Of a DNA stretch of 64,000 nucleotides, positions 51,329 through 64,000 are shown in pieces. Source of the stretch: the human T2T-CHM13v2.0 reference genome, Homo sapiens. The stretch lies in assembly GCF_009914755.1 (NCBI RefSeq), contig NC_060933.1. One strand, written 5' to 3'. Below the pieces are notes generated by a model. The model was not told the DNA's origin, did no database searches, and saw only the letters and a list, made by a program, of their open reading frames with translations. Made by a program: the position numbers and the translations under genes. Every line of letters begins with the position of its first letter. Position 1 is the first letter of the stretch.

Positions 51329-53963
51329 TAAATTTAAGTTAAGGTAATAGGTTGCTTGGTCGCCATGACATTAAAAAATGTGTCTTCTGCAACTGTAAAG
51401 TTTGAGAAGACAGTATTGGCTAAGAAGTTCCTCCAGTTCAGCTTCAAAGACCTAGGTATAAAAATGTAAAGCAAAGAGACAGACATCATTTGGCATCATT
51501 CCCTGAAAAATAAATGGCTCCATCACAATAACAGATACATGATCCAAAACAAAGCTGCTTGTCCTCAGGGGTGGATGACAATGTCCAGTGCTCCCACCAC
51601 GGCAGTAGCATTAAAACTACTCCTCACTGAGAGATAAAATGATGGTGGCACTTTATTAGTCTGCATGCCCCAAAGCAACAGCAAAGGGACTGTCTGCCAC
51701 TGCATGCAGAGTAAGAAAGTTTGATTAGGATACTCCCCAATTCTGACACTCTCCACCATCACTGGCAAACTATGAGGATGAAAAGTCCTTGATGTATTGC
51801 TCTTTGTATGTCATACTCACATTTTTGGCTGACATTAGAGAAAGAAGAGGTTTAAATCAGGTGGAAATCCTAGGTTAAGTTTAAAACATGTTTTCAAATC
51901 TCAAAAAGTAAACCTATTGTGTATGTGTGTGACCCATAAATACGCTTCGCACTCCATTCAGCTCACTCCATAATTTGTGAACATTTTGTCTGTAAGCCCT
52001 CAATGTAACTGTCCAAAAATGGGCTTTGCCTACAGTGACTATAAAGCCACAACCTGGTCACCCGTCTCTGCTCTATCAGGGATGATCTGTAACTAGCAGG
52101 TGGGGTCTGGAAACAGTCTTCTGCTGACTGTCCAGGGCTGAATTGCCTGAAGGGTAAGTGACCATAAAGCATGGAAAACTGTCATTAGCTGAAAAAAATA
52201 AACCCAGCACCTAGGACAATAGATACATGCCATATACTCTCAAATAGATGACGGGTCTCCAGCTTGTTTTCTGCCTCTTAGGAGCTTATAAAACTAAAGT
52301 TCACAATTAATGGGGAAGGGAGGAGACAGATGATCTTCATTGCCTTAGTTACAAACTTGCTTTGGTCTATGCTGATCCTGTGTTAAACTGTGAAATAGAA
52401 TCTATCATCCTGGCTCTCAGAGGCCCTTGACTTCACCCTTTTAGTGCTTTTCTTACTTATTTTCAAACCTTCACCTCTCTCACATTGAAAATCACAACTC
52501 CTAATACCCTCTCTAAAAAACTACCCCTTCCCACCAACTACCACCACCTACCTCACTCTATCATCTAAATCTGTTTCAAGTATAAAAATCTTGGTAATTT
52601 ATATCTTAACACCAATTACATACTAACTTTTCAAAAAGCAAGTTAAGCCTGATTCTAATTGTGGGATGAAAAGTTTTTTCCCTATGAATAAATTTTAAAT
52701 ATCATCAAGCATGTTGAGAGGTGCTAGCGAGGGCATGGAGCAAGGAATCAAATTCCATAGGTGATTGTTTTCTCTATCTTTGTATAAAAATGTCCTTGTC
52801 CCAATTAAAGCCTCCAGCAAGTATAAAAAGAAAGCGTTTGGTGATATTAGCAAGCAACAGTTTCCCAAATCTACCTTGCCCGCCTCTTTGGCCTAAACTC
52901 TGCAGGTAATTTATTCAAAAAAGAGAAGGGTCCTTTGGGTAACAGATGTATCACTTCCTACTCTCTTAAACCAAACTCCGATGCTGCATCTTAGATAAAA
53001 GCCCTCAAATCTGGCCTCCTGAAGTCATGCTGTCATTTAACTTGACTGCAGGCCCCTGATACTCCCCTGCAGGGAGAGAGTCTGCTCTTTGCCCCAGCCT
53101 TTACCCCATTCCTACTTTCTTTCACTCAGTCCCCCTCCACTCCCAGCACACCTCTGGCTGTATTTTATTATTAGTAGTAAACTTTATTTTTATCAAAAAG
53201 AGGGTAGGGGGTATTTTTGAGCTTATGTTGCAGAATACTTTATATAAGCCTAAAATATACATTCTGTTCATTAGATTTCTAGCTGCCCCAACTACATAAA
53301 CTGAGAGGCTTGGTAGAAGCAATGGAACAAACTTCTCTAGTTTTACAAATATAACATTTGACTAATTTAGAACAGAAATTAATTATTTTCAAAATATTTA
53401 ACTTCTTTTAGCTTTTTAGAAAAAAAAACTGTCTGAGTAAAACAGGGCACTTCCTATTTCATTTAAGGAGAAAGTCAAGCTGATAATGCCATCATACTGC
53501 CTAGCTTTCTCATGCATATGACACTGATTTGACTTAGAAAGAAAAAAGTTTTAATACTCTCTTCTACTTCCCACTAGCAGGAAATTCCATTCTTGCCTTT
53601 CCTTTTCACCATTTCATCTACAATCACCTAGAAAAATGATGTCTGGTGCATATTAGGCCCTTAATAAAGGAATAAAGAAATGTGTGAAAGGAATTTCTTG
53701 AATAACTATTTTAAAACTTTTTGAACAAGAAGACTGTTATTAAGAGTGTTCCCGTGAGCAGGCAACAAACAATGACAAAAGCTATTATTCAGAGATAAAA
53801 ATGTCCAAAACATGGTTAGGGTATAACTCTCTATCACTGCATGACAGGTATCTATCAAGAAGTCTCAGAAAAAATACCAAGAAACATCACAACCAAATGC
53901 ATGAATCTTGAATGAAATCTGGCTCTAAACAAACAAATACCAGCTATAAAGATATTCTTGGTA

Positions 53964-54575
<612 letters not shown>

Positions 54576-54711
54576 AGGTGATATCATGGATTCTTAGGTT
54601 TAATAATAGTATTGATGTTATGTAGAAAAATGTCCTTATTCTTAGGACATAAATGCTTATATATTTAGGAGTGTCACAAAACCTGCACCATACTCTCAAA
54701 TGTGTTGGCAA

Positions 54712-54716
<5 letters not shown>

Positions 54717-54759
<43 letters not shown>
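54717..54759. repeat. (TG)n microsatellite
   Basis: Perfect TG run. Confidence 0.96.
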
Positions 54760-54762
<3 letters not shown>

Positions 54763-55116
54763 AAGAAAAATCAAGGAAATATGGCAAAACATTAATGATT
54801 ATTCAATCTAGGTGCTCACTATTCTGTTCTTTTCTGTATGTTAGAATTTTTTTCAAAACAAAAAGCTGGGGAGAAGGAGAAAAAATTCTAAGAGTCAAAG
54901 AAACTGTGTAATCCCCATTTTTATCACTTTTTTTTGTGACCAAGTGATTTCACTCACCATTTTATTCATCAGTTCCCTATCTACATACTTAGAGCAAATG
55001 AGATAACATAGAATGCTTTGCAAAGTAAAAAGCATGATACAGAATATATAATGTCATCGTAACCAACAAGCTCTGAAGTTTAATCACATCCAGACCTCTT
55101 GCTTCTTTTTCCCTAC

Positions 55117-55392
55117 CTTCTTATGGTTGTAGATTTCACCACTGTAACAGAGCCACATATATGGATATGTCTTCACTTAAATTGTCTGCATTCCAAACAA
55201 ACAGCGGGTCAACTACCACCAATGGGTGAAATCCAAAGCAGCAGCTGGTGTATCCATTAACATTCTCAAAACAGGATGCATCTGGACCCCTGTGTGCACT
55301 CTTCATAGCACACAGACACTAAACAGAAAGGCAGTCATTGCTGCCAAACAGGACCCAAATGCCACACACAGTGCAATGAAGCTATAAACTCC
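55117..55392 (-). pseudogene. ASNS: ASNS-like first coding exon
   Basis: GTG (55369) [55 protein letters not shown] [+4 bp GTTT] [25 protein letters not shown]|gtagg. Confidence 0.95.
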
Positions 55393-55991
55393 CTATGGAG
55401 AGAAAAGTAGACAAATAAAAAATATTCAATATCCAATCCAAGTCTGCATTAAATCTTGATTCCAGAAACGTGCGTAAACCACTTCAAAGACTAAAATTTA
55501 AACCATCTTTTCTATAGCGATTTCCCATTTGGTTGGCAGGCATACAGGAGTAGAGAATGATTTAATTTACTTACAAGTATTCAGAAAAGATAGTGACCTC
55601 TACATTCAACCAGCTACAACAGCTTAGCACCCAGCCAAAGCCTGCATCTCTCCCACCTTAAGATTTAGTGGTTGGCTAGAGTTAGCAGCATCCAGGCCAC
55701 ATCTATCTCTGCATTCTATGTTTGCTTCCAAGATAAAGATACAAATGCAGGCTGGCTCCAACCTAGCCAGAGATCCCAGCCCCACTCTCTGCATCCCAAA
55801 ATCCCTCAAAGACCCAAGAGACTTTCTAGATTTCTACAGTCTCCTCACAGGTTCCCTTGACAGTTAAATGCCCTCTCTTTACCTCAACTAGCTGCAGGTA
55901 GAATATAATGGGTACAACAGAAAATCACTGTAAGTGTAATATGTAGATACACAGCCCTTTTAAACATTTCATTATATTACATCTAGCTTAC

Positions 55992-56027
55992 TTCTAAGTG
56001 ATTTATTCAGATGTGACTGAAGAAAGT
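55992..56027 (-). pseudogene. ASNS: ASNS-like 5'UTR exon (36 nt)
   Basis: ccctttag|ACTTTCTTCAGTCACATCTGAATAAATCACTTAGAA|gtaagc, matching the ASNS 5'UTR as I recall it. Confidence 0.75.
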
Positions 56028-57127
56028 CTAAAGGGAAAAAAAGCAATTTAATTTGATAAATTAAATTATCAATTATAGCCAAATTATTTGGCTATAACAA
56101 ATTAAACATTTTAAGCTGACAGAAGATGCAAACATTTTAAGTTGACAGAAGATATAAAATGTTCACTATCAAAATGTTGCAACTGATAAAAATGTTCTCA
56201 AATATTTCTGTCTCAAACTTGCATTGTTCATTAAGGAAGCAAAATAGGTGGGACATACACAGCAACAACATCCCTCAAAAAACAACTTGGCTCATTCCTA
56301 TAAGCCAGGCAGCAAATACATCATCCTTACATATGTTAATTACCTTCCAATTTCAAATTCTCAACTGTGAAATAAAGGGCCATTTTATTTGGCTGCTGCC
56401 AGTTCAATATGACTGTTTTTATTAAAACATCTCTAACTTGAGAAATATTTGGTGTTTTCTAAAAAACTGCAAATTGCAGCAAATGGCCAGGTAATTTGGA
56501 ATAAACACCCTACAGAAAAAATATATATTCAAGTTGCATAAGTCACTTTGAGCAATCCTTTGAGGATATTTCATTTATATCTAAATGAACCTCAGGTTTA
56601 GCTGGCTTTTCCGGAAAACCAGAAGCAAATAATGTATGATTATAATGAAAACCATCTCAAGCAATTTGGAAATGAAGTACCACATGTCTTATGCTGTCCC
56701 TTCCATACACTTGACAAAACAGCCTATAACAAATTGTTTACTTTGAGATTTAGCAGGAAAATTCCATGAGATTTAAATGAGATGACTACTAATAAGCCAT
56801 CTACCTTTGACTCTATTCCTATTAAAAATGGGTTAGGAAAGTGCTTTGAAAATCAAGTGTGTTCATCAGGGAATCATTTACCTAAGTCTTCTTAACACTG
56901 CTTAGTGAATATTAAGCCTGATATAGTAAATACACGCTAACCACTAAATTGAAGGGGAAAGAGGGAGAACAAAGAGGCATGTAAAGTACACTTACTTTTT
57001 CTAGTAGGAAAAAGCCAATTAAAACTATCACCTATTAGTTATATTGGAATCAGTCTTACAGGAGGACAAACTTCCTACTGTCGCTACCTATTCTCAATAT
57101 TTTTCTTATTTCTTCCTAAACTTGTGG

Positions 57128-57433
57128 AGCCGTGTTGTCCAATAAATATGTGAGCCATGTACATAATTTTAAATGTACTAGTAAGCCCCATTAAAAGAAA
57201 ATGTGAAATTAATTTTAAATATACTTAACTCAGTATGTCCCAAATAGTAATCATAGTAATAATTTTAACATGTAATCAATATAAAAAAATCAAGCAGATA
57301 TTCTACACTGTTCTTCCCACTCCAATGACAAAATCCAGTGTATTTAACATAACACATCTCAATTAGGACTAGCCAGGATTCCAAGTGCTCAACAGTTACA
57401 GGTGGCTAGCACCTACTGAATTGGACACTGCAG
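57128..57433. mobile_element. MER33-like hAT-Charlie element
   Basis: tgttgtccaata...acacatctcaattaggactagcc...caagtgctcaacag...gtggctag...ttggacactgcag. Confidence 0.7.
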
Positions 57434-57910
57434 TTTCAGTGCATTGAATTTCTATCCCACTTAGCACTAATTAAAACTTCACCCTCTCACCTGACAATTA
57501 TGCTAAGATCTCAGTAAGTAACCAACTACAGGCAGTTTCAAGCCCTACTTTACCTCTAATTACTCTTACAGCAATGCAATGAATCATGATTTAAAATTTA
57601 AAAAAAAAAACTGCTGTTAAATTATTAGTCAAGCGCCCAGGGCAATGGACAGTAAAGAAATAATGTAGGCCATGGGTCGAGATGACAAAACGGTCCTTTT
57701 ATTTAAAGCTATAACAATAATCTGAAGCCAGCCCTGTAAAATAGACATCCATTGAAAAAGGCATGCTAGTTCTTTTGCTTTTTTGTGTACTTGGCCTCCT
57801 GTGTCCCTAAACAGACCTCTTCTCAGCAGGGTTTGCTCAGCAAGTCACTTGTTGAGTCTTGCAGTCTACACAGGGGGTGGGGAATGGCAGGGGCTGGCAT
57901 AAGAGTGAGA

Positions 57911-57965
57911 GGGGAGGAGGCAAGGTGAGGGGGGCCAGGGGAGGAGGCAAGGTGAGGGGGGCCAG
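57911..57965. repeat. 27-bp G-rich tandem duplication next to an Alu fragment
   Basis: ggggaggaggcaaggtgaggggggcca x2, followed by gagttcaagaccagcctgggcaacatggtgagacc. Confidence 0.85.
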
Positions 57966-59000
57966 GTGAGGAGGGGGAACTTGAAGGGGAGTTCAAGACC
58001 AGCCTGGGCAACATGGTGAGACCACCGCCCCTCACCACCGCCATCTCTGTTCTCACTCTAGTCTCACACACATGCACAAATTAAATTTAATTTAAAAATT
58101 AAAAAATTGTCTTAAAATAAGTGAAATATTTACATGGTTTATGTATACATTCATTTTGTAGAACTATAGATCCCATGTAACTGGGAACTCTTTACTCTTC
58201 TAACACAACATTTATTTAGCCACAAATAAAAGAAGACCAGTGATGTAGCCTGTACACAAAAAAGTAAGAAAGCACTAGTTAGGCTGGGGCAGGGGTGGGG
58301 GGAAGAGATCTACAAAATTAAAATTTTATTGGGAAGGATCACTAATTAGAATCAGAACAATTACTGCTCTAAAGTAGTTAAGAACAGAGCACAAGGAACC
58401 CAGAGAAGAAGCAGATATGATTCAGAGCAGAGCTCACAGAGCAGATGGTATCTGAGCCGAGACTGATAGAATAACATTAATAAGGGCATTCACGGCCATT
58501 TATTATCACTTAACTGCAATGCATTTTGTATAAGTTATTTCTACTCTTCATATCGACCATGGAAAATAATACTTATTCTTCTCTTTTGAAGGAAGTGGTA
58601 AGTGGTCTAAGAAGATAAATTAACATACCAACACCAAATAGCTCAAGTTCAGTGACTCAAGAGTGCCCGCGTCTCCCCAAGAGGTTGCTCAGCAGGCAGA
58701 CGAGGTAGAGAGCCATTCCAAGAAGTGAGAGTGAGATGTGAAAGGTCTCAGTGTGTCTCTGAGAACAACAGAAATCAGTAAGTAGACCAAGTGGGAAAAG
58801 CCACGGAAGAGGCAGGGATTTCCTCTTAAGAGAGCAAGAATAAACAGAGCAAGGCTGAGGGAAGCCATGGAAAATGGGCAGAATACCATGCATTTAGCGA
58901 GAAAAAAAACAACTTTTAATTTAGAAAGGGGGAAAGAATGGTGGTGGTCTAGGTAAGCCTAGAAGCAGAGGAAAGGGCAGTGGAGAAAAAATAAACAAAA

Positions 59001-59402
59001 TGTATTAGTTAGGGTTCTCCAGAGGGACAGATCCAACAAGATACACGTATATGTATAAGGGAGTTTACGAGAGAGAATTGGTTCACACGGTTAGAAGGCA
59101 GTCCCACAATAGGCTGTCTGCCAGGTAGGGAAAGAGAGAAGCTAGTAGTGGCTCAGTCCAAGTCCAAAAGCCTCAAAACCAGGAAAGCCCGCAGTGCAGT
59201 CTTCAGTCTGAGGCCGAGGGCCTGAGAGCCTCGGGGAAGCTGCTGGTGCAAGTCCCAGAGTCCAAAGGCATAAGAACCTGGAGTTTCATGTCCAAGGGCA
59301 GGAAGAAGGGAAGCAAGTGTCCTGCACGGGAAGAAGAAAAAAAGAGAGCCAGAAGCTACAGCTAGCAAGGTTATCCCACCTTCCTCTGCCTGCTTTGTTC
59401 TA
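59001..59402 (-). mobile_element. MLT2A-like ERVL LTR, truncated by satellite
   Basis: tgtattagttagggttctccagagggacag...gtcccacaataggctgtctg...agtcccagagtccaaagg...cttcctctgcctgctttgttcta. Confidence 0.8.
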
Positions 59403-59419
59403 TACAGTGCAGCGTGTGT

Positions 59420-61460
<2,041 letters not shown>

Positions 61461-61991
61461 AATGAGTTTCTAGAATATATTTGAGGAGGGTGAAGGGCGG
61501 TGTGTGCGTGCTTCATGGCCTTATTCGATTAAACACTCTGCTCTCAATTTATTGCTAAATCCTCCTTGAGCCCTTAGATTTCATAACGGTTGTCGCGAGA
61601 TTTTTCTGGATGTAGAAAACATACCTATTTCTTGCCACCTCATGGGCTACACCTTGACCTAACGTTTTTATGTAGATACTTGTGCTTACTCTGTGGCCTT
61701 TCCAGGGTTTGCTGAAGATGGAGGTATATAGGCTGGGCAAGAGGTGGTGAGGTAAATTGGGGTTTATCGATTATAGAACAGGCTCCTTTAGAGGGATATA
61801 AAGCACCGCCAAGTCCTTTGAGTTTTAAGCTGTTGCTTGTAGTGTTCTGGTGAACAGTTTTGTTGATCTAACTATTCGAGTTTAGGGTTAAGCATAGCGG
61901 GGTATCTACTCCCAGTTTGGATCTTAGCTATTTTGTCTTCAGAATATTAAAGGCACTTTCGTAGTTATTTCAGCTGGGGTTTTTTTACAAC
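61461..61991 (-). pseudogene. MT-RNR1: NUMT: mitochondrial 12S rRNA fragment (3' half)
   Basis: Reverse complement contains AAACTGGGA.TAGATACCCCGCTATGCTTA, AAAACTCAAAGGACTTGGCGGTGC, GGTCAAGGTGTAGCCCATGAG and GCACACACCGCCC.TCACCCTCCTCAA. Confidence 0.95.
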
Positions 61992-62014
61992 TTTTTTACA
62001 ATTTATTTAGAAAC

Positions 62015-62061
62015 TTTCAGGTTTCTAAATATATGAATGAACCATAATATAAGCCTTGGCC
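62015..62061 (-). pseudogene. MT-CYB: NUMT: ~47-bp cytochrome b fragment
   Basis: Reverse complement GGCCAAGGCTTATATTATGGTTCATTCATATATTTAGAAACCTGAAA = GQGLYYGSFMYLETW (mt code), matching CYTB GRGLYYGSF-Y-ETW. Confidence 0.8.
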
Positions 62062-63105
<1,044 letters not shown>

Positions 63106-63124
63106 AAATTAAGTGAGAAAAAAG

Positions 63125-63404
63125 GGTAAAATGACTGAGTAGGGCATTAGACTGTACATCTAAAAACAGAGGTCAAGGCCTGTTTTTACCAGTCCCGAGG
63201 TGATTTTCATGTTGAATTGTAAATTCAAAGAAGCAGCTTCAATCCTGCTTCTCTCACCTTTATTCCCCCAGCGGCTGGAGAAATAGATTCAAACCAGTTG
63301 ACTAGGGAGTTCAGCTGTTGAGTTTTCGTGGGTTTAAGTCTCATCAATTTGTAAGGACTTAGCTTACTTAAAGTGATTGATCTGTATTCAATTGATCAAG
63401 GGTG
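63125..63404 (+). pseudogene. NUMT: mt tRNA-Tyr, tRNA-Cys, OriL, tRNA-Asn and partial tRNA-Ala (WANCY cluster) pseudogenes
   Basis: ggtaaaatgactgag...tttttacca (Tyr, 63125-63191); Cys from 63191 with the anticodon altered; degenerate OriL hairpin ~63248-63283; tagattcaaaccagttga (Asn, ~63284-63351); aaggacttagctta (Ala, from ~63353, truncated). Confidence 0.88.
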
Positions 63405-64000
63405 ATCTGTATCTGAGAAAGTACATTTCAGGGCCACCATACAACAACTGTTCAAAAAGGCCTCCAATATGGGATAGTCCTATTTATTATCTCAGAAATA
63501 TTTCTCTTCGCTGGATTCTTTTGAGCATTCTACCATTCTAGCCTAGTCCCTACTCCAGAATTAGGAGGACATTGACCCCCAACAGGTATTTCTCCCCTTG
63601 ACCACCTGGAAGTACCTCTCCTGAATCCATCTGTATTACTTGCATCAGGAGTTTCAATTACTTGAGCCCATCACAGCCTAACAAAAAATAATCAAAAACA
63701 TACAATCCAAGCACTACTTATTACAATTATATTAGGTATTTACTTCACCCTCCTACAAGTCTCAGAATACTTCAAAGCTCCCTTTGCTATTTCTGATGGT
63801 ATTTATGGCTCAATATTTTTTATAGCTACAGGCTTTCACAGACTTCACGTCATTATTGGATCAACATTCCTCAGTCTGCCTTCTCCGCCAATTAAAATAC
63901 CACTTTACATCTAGTCATCACTTTGCCTTTGAAGCCGCTGCCTGATATCGACACTTTGTAGATGTAGTATGACTATTCTTGTATGTTTCTATTTATTGAT
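63405..64000 (+). pseudogene. MT-CO3: NUMT: COX3 fragment (internal start, runs to window end)
   Basis: [54 protein letters not shown] and HFVDVVWLFLYVSIYW in the mt code. Opposite orientation to COX1. Confidence 0.95.

Noticed and set aside
56104-56155. 26-bp tandem duplication (aaacattttaagctgacagaagat)
   Set aside because: Ordinary slippage-type duplication with no further structure.
63125-63404. Functional tRNA genes
   Set aside because: Mitochondrial-type, degenerate (altered Cys anticodon, deletions, truncated Ala) and inside a NUMT.

Overview
This window is hominid (human or great-ape) non-coding DNA; I found no intact protein-coding gene. It reads as a segmental-duplication mosaic of the pericentromeric/acrocentric type. 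(1) Roughly 1-39.8 kb: the 5' part (exons 1-11 plus CpG island) of an unprocessed ANKRD20A-family pseudogene on the minus strand. It carries at least six disabling lesions, and its introns hold a full-length SVA, three L1PA insertions, many Alus and MER/Tigger fossils. (2) Roughly 41.4-43.8 kb: an unidentified 3'UTR-like segment fused to a 5'-truncated SOWAHC pseudogene, bracketed by truncated Alus. (3) Roughly 43.8-59 kb: a partial unprocessed ASNS duplicate (exons 2-4, minus strand) with a young L1. (4) Roughly 59.4-61.5 kb: a SATR-type ~72-bp satellite with an internal fold-back inversion. (5) 61.5-64 kb: an old, rearranged four-piece NUMT (12S / CYTB / COX1+WANCY tRNAs / COX3). Nearly all ORFs in the supplied track come from Alu, L1, SVA, satellite or GC-rich sequence and are spurious. 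I see no convincing new functional system. The most unusual observations are the NUMT junction architecture, a degenerate ~320-bp GC-rich tandem repeat in the CpG island, a possible chimeric retro-sequence at the SOWAHC junction, and atypical L1 integration signatures. Gene and repeat-family assignments rest on my recall of the reference sequences, not on a search. Species and paralog number cannot be fixed from the sequence alone.
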